A DNA stretch of 64,000 bases from Narcine bancroftii (lineage: Eukaryota), in the NCBI RefSeq assembly GCF_036971445.1, contig NC_091473.1, forward strand, positions 86,490,001-86,554,000, read 5' to 3'. Position numbers and translations under genes: made by a program. Positions within the stretch are counted from its first letter, which is position 1; each line of letters begins with the position of its first letter. Below the pieces are notes generated by a model. It was given only the letters and a program-made list of their open reading frames with translations. It was not told where the DNA came from and did not search any database. Shown here one piece after another: positions 52,801 to 60,170 of the stretch.

Positions 52801-52932
52801 CAGCAGCAACAAATAATTGCAGTTTTTGACCAAGATATTGGTGACATCCTTGGAGATATTAAAAATCTTGAGCATATCAGAGATACTTTACCCAGAGGAT
52901 GTTTCAACACTGCAGCTGTTGAACGGCCCTAA
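8439..52932 (+). CDS. LAMC2: Laminin subunit gamma-2, spliced CDS of 22 exons (putative exons 2-23; 5' partial)
   Basis: Exons joined by hand at GT-AG junctions stay in frame (3476 nt) to TAA at 52930-52932. Architecture: LE repeats, L4, LE repeats, coiled coil, tail TLPRGCFNTAAVERP*. No LN domain in the window. Many exon sizes (189, 99, 137, 123, 190, 113, 157, 206, 145, 115, 200, 159, 100) match human LAMC2 as I recall them. Confidence 0.9.
9433..11380 (-). mobile_element. L1-clade element: 5' UTR and disrupted ORF1 only, with TSD
   Basis: Minus translation has a coiled coil and L1 ORF1 motifs (ENHSRRNNIKIVGL..IERAHRTL..PRSVLVKFLRY..KIFFYPD). Flanked by acgtgattctttgtcta (9416-9432) and acgtgattcttgtcta (11381-11396). 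Confidence 0.85.
10873..11028. repeat. Minisatellite, 6 x 26 bp (cgcgactcctcacgcatgcgcagttg)
   Basis: Six tandem units read directly; only units 3 and 6 carry substitutions. Confidence 0.97.
11945..12350. mobile_element. Penelope-like terminal repeat remnant
   Basis: gaaactcagcagatc...aacattttgggttgagaacctgcatcaa, related to copies at 5405 and 21005. Confidence 0.45.
12431..12973. mobile_element. Degenerate Tc1/mariner-type non-autonomous DNA element
   Basis: Starts tactgtatctactcgtgtaaaaagtcaaacccc, with a subterminal repeat; related aaaatagtcaacccc near the right end; right TIR decayed. Confidence 0.45.
13184..13304 (+). CDS. LAMC2: LAMC2 exon 3 (LE)
   Basis: cccag|GT TCC...TGC AA|gtaggt; 121 bp; STSSTCDEYGRCKCKAEGVIGDKCDKCQPGFYSLSSTGCK. 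Confidence 0.92.
14090..14490 (+). mobile_element. V-SINE interrupted by a CR1 3' fragment (about 14172-14367, - strand)
   Basis: B box ggttcgaatcc and core, then CR1 tail (ORF 14087-14320: FKRNLDRHVDGRGMEGCG), then the SINE resumes with tttcccccacattcaaaag...gggcctgttaccgtgctgta. Confidence 0.8.
14938..15036 (+). CDS. LAMC2: LAMC2 exon 4 (LE)
   Basis: ggcag|G CGC TGT...AAC CG|gtaagt; 99 bp; RCTCNMAGVTRICDVETGHCSCKYNVEGSNCNR; not in the ORF track. Confidence 0.92.
15337..16193. mobile_element. Tc1/mariner-type non-autonomous element with TA ends and an internal repeat array
   Basis: Ends taccatatttt ... aaaatatggta are exact 11-bp inverted repeats including TA; internal ctataaattg-type repeats at 15800-16085. 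Confidence 0.65.
16442..16578 (+). CDS. LAMC2: LAMC2 exon 5 (LE, start of L4)
   Basis: ccacag|C TGC AAA...TCA G|gtacta; 137 bp; [28 protein letters not shown]...ITSTFDS. Confidence 0.93.
17678..17800 (+). CDS. LAMC2: LAMC2 exon 6 (L4 / laminin B)
   Basis: cacag|AT ACT...CCA G|gtgagt; 123 bp; DTEGWKVQHRRG...EYPVYFVAP. Confidence 0.92.
18440..18890. mobile_element. GC-richer unclassified insertion (possibly a retroposon 5' UTR)
   Basis: Abrupt rise in GC and CpG content inside AT-rich intron 6; no recognisable coding motif. Confidence 0.35.
19286..19437. mobile_element. hAT (Charlie-like) MITE, palindromic
   Basis: Degenerate TIRs cagttgatctgaacc / ggtcgagaaccactg; internal cataccaccttaag / cttaaggtggtatg. 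Confidence 0.75.
20148..20337 (+). CDS. LAMC2: LAMC2 exon 7 (L4)
   Basis: tttag|CC AAG...TAC AG|gtaaat; 190 bp; AKFLGNQILSYGQNLSFTF...DIVLEGA...TYNYR. Confidence 0.93.
20756..20868 (+). CDS. LAMC2: LAMC2 exon 8 (L4)
   Basis: tccag|A CTT CAT...CAA A|gtaagg; 113 bp; LHESLEYGWKPFITSFEFQRVLSDLKAIKIRGTY. Confidence 0.93.
20885..21650 (-). mobile_element. Penelope-like element remnant (GIY-YIG C-terminal region and terminal repeat)
   Basis: Minus ORF GDNFVERICSV...DLPVANLFSSTPHWH resembles the PLE endonuclease motif RFxEHxxSV..PVAxHF; hammerhead-like motif at about 21052-21080. Confidence 0.6.
23544..23765 (+). CDS. LAMC2: LAMC2 exon 9 (end of L4, LE)
   Basis: tctag|CC CCT...ACT G|gtaagt; 222 bp; GHIDNVVLHTARPGVGNPAQWVEKCTCPTGHEGRFCEKC...CDPETG. 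Confidence 0.93.
24421..24591 (+). CDS. LAMC2: LAMC2 exon 10 (truncated LE and LE)
   Basis: tatag|GC TCC...ATG G|gtaagt; 171 bp; GSCYINDQSRNNCPHGYY...CRLCPCPGGTGC...CPAKTMG. Confidence 0.92.
24780..25282 (-). mobile_element. CR1 LINE 3' end, young
   Basis: Uninterrupted YRKDINRVERMQRRFTRMLPG...LERRRLRGDLIEVFKIM...TRGHEL...FFSQRVVAVWNDLP. Confidence 0.93.
25507..25792. mobile_element. hAT (Charlie-like) MITE with 8-bp TSD
   Basis: TIRs cagtagttctcaaccttttt / aaaaaggttgagaaccactg; flanks gtgtagac (25499-25506) and gtgtagaa (25793-25800). Confidence 0.88.
26443..26615. repeat. Degenerate inverted repeat of the Penelope-derived family
   Basis: aaaatgttagaaatacttcgcaggtcagacaacatctgtggagagaaa pairs imperfectly with tttctctcactacagattgtgcctggtttgctgaatgcttccagcatttt. 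Confidence 0.55.
26680..27560 (+). mobile_element. Ancient L2-like LINE remnant
   Basis: Decayed RT motif near 26820 (catatgttgatgacacagttttat) and 3' blocks caatcacgccc, ctctggaattctctcc, cctttaaagatgctccttgaaa. Confidence 0.4.
27182..27352. repeat. Minisatellite, about 6 x 29 bp (caatccctgccttcgatgcactccagtct)
   Basis: Tandem units start at 27182, 27211, 27240, 27269, 27298, 27327. Confidence 0.96.
28153..28386 (+). CDS. LAMC2: LAMC2 exon 11 (LE incl. nidogen-site-homologous module)
   Basis: cctag|GC AAA...AAA C|gtaagg; 234 bp; KRCEMCEEGYFGNP...[31 protein letters not shown]...KCK. Confidence 0.93.
28775..29140 (-). mobile_element. Rex1/Babar-clade LINE fragment
   Basis: NILAGCFTGWYRSSSIQDWKKLQKVMNAAQNV...LLSMDSIY fits the Rex1-type ORF C-terminal region. 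Confidence 0.65.
29410..29875 (+). mobile_element. CR1 LINE 3' fragment
   Basis: aggttcactaggatgattccgggaatgaa...gggatcaaaggttatggggagaagg...gggctgaatggcc. Confidence 0.8.
30047..30222 (+). CDS. LAMC2: LAMC2 exon 12 (last LE, CxxC hinge)
   Basis: tacag|CA TGC...AGC AAG|gtaggt; 176 bp; CNCDPRGSWSLQCRSDGTCDCKPGVFGDRCNQCSGDTYYNSTTGCEVCPNCYLAVKSK. Confidence 0.92.
30772..31505 (-). mobile_element. Rex1/Babar-clade LINE 3' end
   Basis: Short-repeat tail (ttaagttaagtcaagtttatt) and minus-strand LFQLL..GKRYRSIRASTTRLRNSF motif. Confidence 0.7.
32517..32673 (+). CDS. LAMC2: LAMC2 exon 13 (coiled coil)
   Basis: accag|ATA ATG...GAA A|gtaaac; 157 bp; ...NDKDFEERLRKA... Confidence 0.88.
33235..33783 (+). 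mobile_element. L1 ORF2 C-terminus and 3' UTR fragment
   Basis: ALFG...LLIARRAILMRWKD..PTHTQWFSDVMACLTLEKIR...LWGHFLNY. Confidence 0.8.
33818..34833 (+). mobile_element. RTE-clade LINE, 5'-truncated, between (TA)n tracts
   Basis: RELLFADDAALVAHSE...FGLEVSLKKTEVL...FTYLG...YRAV.IPTLLFGSESW; (TA)n at 33786-33812 and 34835-34870. Confidence 0.93.
34930..35410 (-). mobile_element. Old CR1 3' fragment
   Basis: Degenerate IKIYNIMRG...RVVNIWNS motif. Confidence 0.6.
35649..35854 (+). CDS. LAMC2: LAMC2 exon 14 (coiled coil)
   Basis: tacag|TT GAT...CAA ATG|gtaagt; 206 bp; open heptad-rich frame (..YRLNNIAKSVDEI..YENRVRIT..). Confidence 0.88.
36580..36830 (-). mobile_element. V-SINE (HE1-like)
   Basis: Homologous to the 2283-2528 copy. 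Confidence 0.8.
37394..37470 (+). CDS. LAMC2: LAMC2 exon 15
   Basis: tacag|CCA TCA...GAT AA|gtatgt; 77 bp; ...LVNEAQRLADK. Confidence 0.87.
37577..37714 (+). CDS. LAMC2: LAMC2 exon 16
   Basis: ttcag|G CAT...CAG CA|gtgagt; 138 bp; HQKDAEDIEQFSGSANNSAFEAL... Confidence 0.87.
38065..39030 (+). mobile_element. CR1 LINE, 5'-truncated, uninterrupted 292-codon RT C-terminus
   Basis: IYINDL...KYADDMKIGG...WAERWQMEFN...LVRPGLEYCAQFWSP...RRRLRGDLIEVFK. Confidence 0.95.
39327..39471 (+). CDS. LAMC2: LAMC2 exon 17
   Basis: gttag|A TCA...CTT GAG|gttggt; 145 bp; ...MTEDIEEQANRITTKAQRASEKA... Confidence 0.85.
39655..40400 (-). mobile_element. Unclassified non-autonomous repeat (same end as 5610-5825)
   Basis: Shared terminal block; GC-richer body with no recognisable protein. 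Confidence 0.45.
40961..41110 (+). CDS. LAMC2: LAMC2 exon 18
   Basis: atcag|AAT GAA...CTA AAA|gtaagt; 150 bp; ...YETLKNNISDFQRDIMRILEKG... Confidence 0.86.
41421..42398 (-). mobile_element. RTE-clade LINE, 5'-truncated, with TSD
   Basis: Open frame HSEPALQRLTSCF...PKKRYKDCLK...CNRCNHVCLSRIGLVSHIRAC; A-rich (AAAG)n tail; tgctggt at 41414-41420 and 42396-42402. Confidence 0.95.
42971..43085 (+). CDS. LAMC2: LAMC2 exon 19
   Basis: tgcag|ACA GCT...AGA G|gtacat; 115 bp; TATMLQTRANTAKYLAEEAVKKGSYTLEQVDRIINNLR. Confidence 0.9.
44543..44672 (+). mobile_element. CR1 3' tail fragment
   Basis: gcatcaaaggttatgggaagaagg...ctatttctgctcct..cttatggtct, like 29750-29875. Confidence 0.75.
44715..44914 (+). 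CDS. LAMC2: LAMC2 exon 20
   Basis: tacag|AC TTC...CAG AAG|gtacta; 200 bp; DFNIRIISNKTAAADALNKIPYI...AENQLGNA... Confidence 0.9.
45702..45950 (+). mobile_element. V-SINE (HE1-like), just upstream of exon 21
   Basis: B box gagttcgaatccc, core, tail ggcctgttactgtgctgtatgtctaaattt. Confidence 0.82.
45999..46157 (+). CDS. LAMC2: LAMC2 exon 21
   Basis: aacag|AAA GCA...GAG AAG|gtaaga; 159 bp; coiled-coil heptads. Confidence 0.86.
46741..47110 (-). mobile_element. Probable L1 3' fragment nested in CR1
   Basis: AT-rich insert splitting the CR1 tail; minus strand reads RWHMEIPNCISLEKII, like the L1 ORF2 end. Confidence 0.55.
49203..49334. mobile_element. hAT (Charlie-like) MITE with 8-bp TSD, nested in CR1
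   Basis: Perfect long TIRs cagtggttcccaaccttttactttcca / tggaaagtaaaaggttgggaaccactg; flanks ctttacgc and ctttacac. Confidence 0.9.
49800..50870 (+). mobile_element. Ancient CR1 RT remnant
   Basis: ttggatttttcgaaagcatttgac (LDFSKAFD) and later decayed CR1 motifs. Confidence 0.7.
50993..51092 (+). CDS. LAMC2: LAMC2 exon 22
   Basis: ttcag|ATT GCA...ATG C|gtgagt; 100 bp; ...NAKDSVIKTMKLINDLLLSM. Confidence 0.88.
52679..52932 (+). CDS. LAMC2: LAMC2 last exon, coding part
   Basis: tgcag|GC AAC...CGG CCC TAA; ...DIGDILGDIKNLEHIRDTLPRGCFNTAAVERP*, typical gamma-chain C-terminus. Confidence 0.93.
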
Positions 52933-55900
52933 TTGTTTGGTATCCTCTACCAATAATTGTACTGCTAAATATTAATGATGGAAATATCTTATTTTCAGAG
53001 AAAAAAACCACCAGAAAAATATGACCTTTCATACAATGCCACCACCCAGAAAGATCAAATAAAGATAAACAAAGCAACAAGCTTTGCAATTTTATCAACT
53101 ATAACTGATTCTCATATTACTACATTGATCTCAATATTTACACTTTGCTTTATATATTAGAGGCTACTTATAATCTGCCCCTTGAGACCTCCTGCCCAGA
53201 GAGGCTAAAATTAAGAACTTTATTTTTTTCATCAGTTTATCTATTTTCAAATTCATAAAATCATTCTGCATTTCAAGTTACAATTTATGGTGATTTAATA
53301 ACCCAAAAATGTATTAGAGAGACGTGCCGCATAGCAACATTAATAGGTTATTTCATCAGCAAGTTTTACATTGTTTTTGGACACAATCAGTAATATTTGC
53401 AATTTTGCAATTTTGATACACCAAAGGTTTAAAAGTCAAAGTTTGACAGAATCAACGTAGAATGGTCTTGTAGTGGCCTTTTCATGATGTGAGGGACTGC
53501 TCTGATAGGTGTTATTATTGTTCTGCTTCCATAGCTGAGAGGTTTCCATTCCTGGTTGCTACATATGCAATGATGCCTGAGAACAAACAAATTTAATGAC
53601 TTTTGCAACTAATTACAATTTAATGGAAATCTACTGGTTGCTAGGAAGCAATAGCCAACTGAGATTCAGGGTCATTGGGACTGAAAGAGGCAAAACTGGA
53701 GAGTGCTGTGAAATTGCAAAAGGATATATGAACTGGCTGCAACGTGGCGACGGACATCAATCTAATTGACTGTTCCTCAGTCAACAGAATTTGGCTTTTT
53801 TTTAAATGTGGAAAATCGTCTAACAACAGACTTCATATAAAAGGCAATGCCGTAAACATGTTAAGTCACCTCATGTATCGTCCTGACATCTTAATCTTTC
53901 AGCATTTCTCCTTGGATTTTAGAGGTGCTTACCTCTATATTCCTCCTTCTGTTGTTCCCAATCAGTTGCTTCTTTCCCAGATGCTAAAGTGGCAAAATAT
54001 AAATGATCTGTTTTAATCTCTGCTCCTTGCACAGATTTATAGGCACCTACCACATGAACTCATATTGGAATAGAGATCAAACCAGATCAAATGATCAAAG
54101 GGTGAATCCTTAATTTTAATTGTGGTATTGAGAGAAAATTATGGACATGGAAATCCAACCTTTGCCTCCAGTAATTCATGCAGGTATTTTTTGTTTTGGT
54201 TAGCAGATGCTTAGATGCATACCAACAAGTTTGCCATTTTTTGATTATTATAGGATAAAGAGCATGTTGTGTAATAGACATCATGGTCAATTGGTTGACT
54301 CATGTTGTGCATCACTATATTTTTTTAATCACCTGCCATAAAAGTCGCAAAGCACTAAAAACACCACAAAATGGAATGAGTAATTTGAGCCACTTCCTCT
54401 CAGTCGTTGACAAGAGTTGCACCAGATCAAACTTGATTGAAGGTTTTTTTTGTGGAGTTAGAGGCATGAATCCAGCAATCTGCTTTAGTGGCATTGGCAG
54501 ATATAAGAACACACATGGTTTAGAATTTTTTGGTTGCATGACCAGCTTTCACAGCAGCAGTCTTAAATCTCACACATTTTGTAGATTTACCCATTGGGAA
54601 TAACTGAAATCAAAGTAATTTTGCCCCACACACTGAACTCTGCAATTCCGACCCAAAAAAAAAATTATTTGCAGCTTTCAGAAGTGGTTAGATGCTTGGA
54701 ATGTCCGAGATTCCTTTAAAATCAGGGCCGATGCCAGCAAACAAAAGGGAAATTACTGCACATATCGTTGGATATTTATACCCTTGTTGCTGAGACACCA
54801 GCTACCAGTACATGATCTTTGGTCTGGGACAACTGGATTTTTTTCAGACCAAGTACTTTTCCTGTTATAATCAGTTGCTTGAATATTTCAAGTAGCAAGC
54901 TATTTTTACAATAATGTGATCCATTTAGTGTGAAATACTAGACACTTTTGTATCTTTCCTTATTTATTTGTTATGTGTTGTTTAATTTTAACCCTTAATT
55001 GTGATTTCTCTGAAGAGCTGGACACTCTTCACCTGTTTCAACCGTCTTACAAACGTTAGGACTAAATTTGGTTGTCTGCAAGATAATTTTATTTGAATTA
55101 AACATTAACTGGGAGTACAATGAACAACTAATGTAATGGTATCATTAATGACAAATTTCTGCACTGATGCTTCAACAAAAAATGTTCAAAGCATGGTACA
55201 ATCACATCCATTATATCTCCATGGCAATTAGAATGAGAAACATGTAAGTGCACCACTTTTCTGTGATACCAATGAATATGAATATGGCTTTATCACCTTG
55301 AGGGGTGATTGACAGAAGTACATAAAATTATGAAAGGCATAGGATTGATCCAATCTTTTCCCCAAGATGGAAATATCAAATAGTGGAGGGCTTCACTTTT
55401 AAGTTGCAAGGAGGAGAGTTTATAACAGATTTGAGTATGGTTTTTAAAAAAAAAAGAATGATATAGTTAAAATAGATATGATAACAACATCCAAGAGGCA
55501 TTTAGAAAGGTTCATCAACAGACAGGGGAATGAGGGTCATAGGCCAGGTGCAGGCAGATGTGCAATTTACATTAGCATCATGGCTAGCACACACAAGGCA
55601 ACTCAAAGAGTCTGTTCCTATTGTTCCAGGTCTTTCTCTTTTCCCATAACTGTAGTCTTACTTTAAATATTTTATAGAATTCTCAGATCATTTGTTGAAT
55701 ACATTAGCTGTAAAATAGCATACTTCCATTTTTTAAGTCATGGATAGATCATTTGTAATAAAACCAAACAGCTATATTTGCACTGCTGATGTCTAACTGT
55801 TGTGTTTTCTGCATGAAGTTTATAACATTCCTTATTTAAACATCTCAGTATTAAAACTGTGCTTTGAAGACACTACTGCATCGAAGTATTTGAAGTAATT

Positions 55901-55953
55901 CATTTGCAACTATTCTTCCTGTTTTTGTATGTAAATTTCATTTTTACAAGTCA

Positions 55954-55959
55954 AATAAA
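55954..55959 (+). terminator. Candidate LAMC2 polyadenylation signal (alternatives at 53058 and 55757)
   Basis: AATAAA preceded by U-rich sequence with TGTA motifs (tttttgtatgtaaattt) and followed by T/GT-rich sequence; would imply a 3' UTR of about 3 kb. Confidence 0.35.
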
Positions 55960-56057
55960 ATATTAAAAATAGTTGTTCACAAGAAAATTCTGTATTTTGA
56001 TTTCAATGGTGAAATATACGCCAAAAGGCAGAGCCGATGATTTTGTGCATAAATGTG

Positions 56058-56296
56058 TGTAGTGTGCGTCGAAAAAACCAAAGACTTGTTGATCCAAACC
56101 AAGGCTTTTATTCACTAAAAGACTGGAGCATATCACAAGTAGGTCGACCAGTCCAGAATGACCTGGTCTGGCTAGGAGCAATCCTTTAAGACCTGCCAGT
56201 AGGTGTGGCTACACTCTCAGCCAATCACAGTCATCCTACACTACCATCTGTACATATGTACATGTACACATTGGTGATAGAATCTGTACTATCACA
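56058..56296 (-). mobile_element. Solo LTR (probably Gypsy-like), 239 bp
   Basis: TG...CA ends; 5-bp TSD atgtg (56053-56057 and 56297-56301); minus strand has ATTGG box, TTAAAG and AATAAA in LTR order. Confidence 0.82.
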
Positions 56297-56499
56297 ATGT
56301 GCAACTTGGTTTTTATCATTGAACCAAAGAATTCAGATGGTCCTTAATTTGAACCACATTCAAGACTGATTGAAGTTTGCATTTAAGATTTTAACTTTAG
56401 CAAGTTGAACTGTAGTCTTCCAACAAGACTTACAACTCTGGGAAAAATGTGAACCAGTGACGTGGGCTCTTTTAACTTCCTTAAGACAGCAATATAACC

Positions 56500-56942
56500 T
56501 TATAACAATTACAGCACAGAAACAGGTCAACTTGGCCCTTCTAGTTCATGCCAAACACTTTCTCCTACCTAATCCCACTGACCTACACTCAACCCACAAC
56601 CTTCCATTCCTTTCCCTTCCATATACATATCCAACTTTTCCTTAAATGCTAATATTGAGCCTGCCTCCACCACATCGTCTGGAAGCTCATTCCATACACC
56701 CACCACTCTCTGAGTAAAGAAGTCCCCCCTAACTTTCAGCTCATGTCCTCTTGTTTGTATCTCTTCCTTCCTTATATATTCCCCTAATAATTTGAAATAC
56801 CTCAATCAAATCCCCTCTTACCTTCTACGCTCCAAAGAATAAAGACCTAACTTATTTAACCTTTCCCTATAACTTAGACCCTGTAACCCCAGCAACACTC
56901 TAGTAAATCTTCTCTGCACTCTCTCCAAATTGTTGATATCTT
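56500..56942 (-). mobile_element. CR1 3' fragment
   Basis: TRGHELKVRG-DFFTQRVVGVWNELP, with internal deletions. Confidence 0.88.
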
Positions 56943-56999
56943 ATACTTTAATAACAAATTTAATGACTTCCCTTGCCCTCTGACTGTAGCGAATAGTTA

Positions 57000-57885
57000 G
57001 AACAAGAGAAACAAGAACAGGAGTCAGCCATCTGGCCCTATAAGCCTGTTCAAGAGATCGTGGCTGATCTGATGACGGACTAATTTCCACATACCTGGCT
57101 TTTCCCTATATCCTTTAATTCCCCTACTATGTAAAAATCTATCCAATCTTGTCTTAAATATATTTACTGAGGTCACCTCGACTACTTCAACAAGCAGTGG
57201 ATTCTACAGATTCACCACCCTCTGGGAAAAGCAATTCCTCATATCTGTACTAAATCTGCTATCCTAAATCTTGAGGCTACCTCCCCTAGTTCAAGTCTCC
57301 CCCACCAATGGAAACAACTTACCCAACTTTATCTTAACTATGCCTTACATAATTTTATAAATTTCTCTAAGGTCTCCTCTCATCCTTCTAAATTGTAACA
57401 AGTACAATCCCAGATGACTCAATCTTTCCTCATCTCTGGAAGGCCAGTGCATCCTTCCTCAAGTAAGGAGACCAGAACTGCATGCCATACTCCAGATGTG
57501 TTCTCAGCAGTACCTTGTAGAGTGGCAGCACAACTTCCCTACTCTTAAATTCTATCCCTCTTGCAATGAAGGCCAACATTCCATTTGCCTCCTTGATAGC
57601 TGGCTGTACCTGTAAACCAAGCTTTTGTGATTCCTGCACAAGCACTCCCAAGTCCTTCTGCACAGCAGCATGGCTGCAATCACTTGCCATTTAAATAATA
57701 ATCTGATCTTCCATTTGCCTTCTAAAGTGGATAACCTCACATTTGCCAACATTGTACTCCATTTGCCAAATCCTTACCTACTCACTCAACCTATCTCAGC
57801 CTCTTTATATCCTGTGCACAATTTGCTTTTCCACTCAATTTAGTGTCATCAGCAAACTTAAATACATGGAACTCTGTCCCCTTTT
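57000..57885 (-). mobile_element. CR1 fragment
   Basis: QKDLGVLV...ANGMLAFIARG...HLEYGMQFWSPYLRKD. Confidence 0.88.
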
Positions 57886-58940
57886 ACTTCAAACTATTGG
57901 ACCTCTGTTGTATGCAGAAACAGATACAGCCTCCAGCCTATGACCACTTTCACCTGCAATATTTCCAAATTGTATCTCGCACTGTTTGATGTCACGTGAT
58001 CGAAGACAAACTGTCATGTGATCATATCTGTGGCGTTAAGCAGCTGCAAGTTAAGATAGGTGGCAGCGCAGTGGGTAACAGTGTTGCCTCGTTACTGGCA
58101 TCATTCACTGACCAGGGCAGGCAAGCAGAATAGCTACATGGGCAGTAATTGTTGCATAAGTTAAGATTCTCATAGAGGTGCAGGAGCAAAGAACCAAGAA
58201 ATTAACAATAAAAAATGACGACCAAAGATATGATTATGGAAAAATGACTTTCATTTTTTTCACAGACATTATGTGTTTAAGAACAAATTTTGAATGCGAG
58301 TCCTCGAGATTGCTTGCAACACTCATTGAGATTCAGGAACAATTTATGAACCTCTTCAAGATGAAATCTTAAAGAAAGTTATTTATGGCTGTGGACATTT
58401 TTATATGCTTTGTGGAAATTTTTAAGTACATATTTCTTTTATCAGTAGTATAAATTGTAAAATGTCGGATTGGGTTTACACAATGTTGCTTCATTTCCTC
58501 CAACAAATTTATTCAGTAGGGTGATAGAGGTCAGCGATGTTTTAAACTGCTGGATTTTCCCTTGCGCCACAAACTTTAATGAAAATTCAAGAATTTAACT
58601 TCAAAACTGGGCCATATATTGCCTGTCAGAGCCACTGAGATCCCAAAATGTCTGCAATCAAATATCTTCCCTGATTTGGTTGGAAATTAGCCACATGCAC
58701 ACAGAGGACAAATTAGAAGGATCCTTAACCCAGACTTCATGCTACTGTTAGTTGTTTTACATAGAGTAAGATTACAGGATAAACATTTTTTATTGGTTTA
58801 GGATTAATGTAATAAATTTTATATCAAAATTAAAATCTGCACTTTAATGTTCATTGCAATGGATGAGTGATTAACTATGTGGTCACCGAGACTGAGAGTT
58901 CCTTTCTGTTTAATATTCAAGGGCTATTTTCTGATCATGC

Positions 58941-59027
58941 TATGGCTACGGATACTTGTTGTTAGGATTATGTAGATAGAAATTATGGCTACGGATACTT
59001 GCTTGTTAGGAATATGTAGATAGAAAT
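58941..59027. repeat. Tandem duplication, 2 x about 43 bp
   Basis: tatggctacggatacttg(c)ttgttagga(t/a)tatgtagatagaaat occurs twice. Confidence 0.92.
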
Positions 59028-59859
59028 ATGAGATTTGCTTTCCGTTTAATTATTTTGGATTTGTGTGCAAAATATTTTACCCAATTTTAAAAAAAATATT
59101 TGCAATCAAAACAAAATAGCTACAAAATCCAATTGATTGGTTCATTTGTGCAAAACCCAGTCCCCATCCACATTAGATGGACAAAAGCTGTAAGTACTTG
59201 GATATTGAAATCTGAAATAAAAGCACGACATGCTGATGGATTAGACACATCTATGGATAAAGAAATGGATTTGGCAGGTCAGATAGATCTGGCATTGACA
59301 GACTATCCACCATCCATAGCCACCCCATCTGGAGAGCTGCCCTTGCTGAACTGAAGCCTCCTGGACTCCGGAGGTATGGTTTGAGTGTCAGTGTCAATAG
59401 TCTCAAGGGAACAATTAGGAAGCCCGACTGCCAGAAAAGGCCTGAAAGTTTTGACAGCTGGTGACGGTTATCTATAACCTTGTCAGCTTTACCAGGAATC
59501 AGTGTTTTAAGTGCCTCTCAATATTTAGAGCATTTTGAAACATTTGTAAGAACATTCAAAATGAAGAATATTTTAAACTTATTATAATAGATTCAAATAA
59601 TGAATAAAATGTAATAAAATACATTGAACATTTATTAAATAGCTGAAAATATAAAACAAATTGATTCCAAACAAAACAAATTTGCCATCAGCTTATCTGT
59701 CTCTCCCTTGCCCTCAATTCGCATCATGCTCTGTAATCCTACATCAGGCATTAACTGATACAGAACCAGAGATGAATTTGCTCCATAAACGCTGGTGAAT
59801 AACAGAAAGGTGGATCTCTGCATTTAGACCATGGAATCCAGAGGTGAAACAAAGCAATA

Positions 59860-60170
59860 TAGAAACATAGAAGATAGGAGCAGGAGTAGGTCATTCGACC
59901 CTCGAGCCTGCTCTGCCATTCAACGAGATCATGGCTGATCTTAAAGTTCAGTACCCCGTCCCCGCCTTCTCTCCGTAACCTTTAATACCCTTATACTGAA
60001 GAAATAGATCTAATTCCCTCTTAAATATATTTAATGAACCTGCCTCTACTGCCCTCTGTGGCAATGAATTCCACAGATTCACCACCCTCTGGGTAAAGAA
60101 ATTCCTCCTCATCTTGGTCCTAAATGGTTTGCCTATTATCCTCAAACCATGGCCCCGGGTTCTGGATTTT
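59860..60170 (-). mobile_element. CR1 3' end, young
   Basis: SRTRGHGLRI...RRNFFTQRVVNLWNSLPQRAVEA. Confidence 0.9.

Noticed and set aside
8439-52932. Assignment to LAMC1 or LAMC3
   Set aside because: Too few LE modules after L4, the gamma-2-type truncated LE in exon 10, and LAMC2-like exon sizes. The Glu at -3 argues against LAMC3.
53641-54603. Short ORFs downstream of the stop codon
   Set aside because: No domain similarity or splice structure; consistent with 3' UTR or intergenic noise
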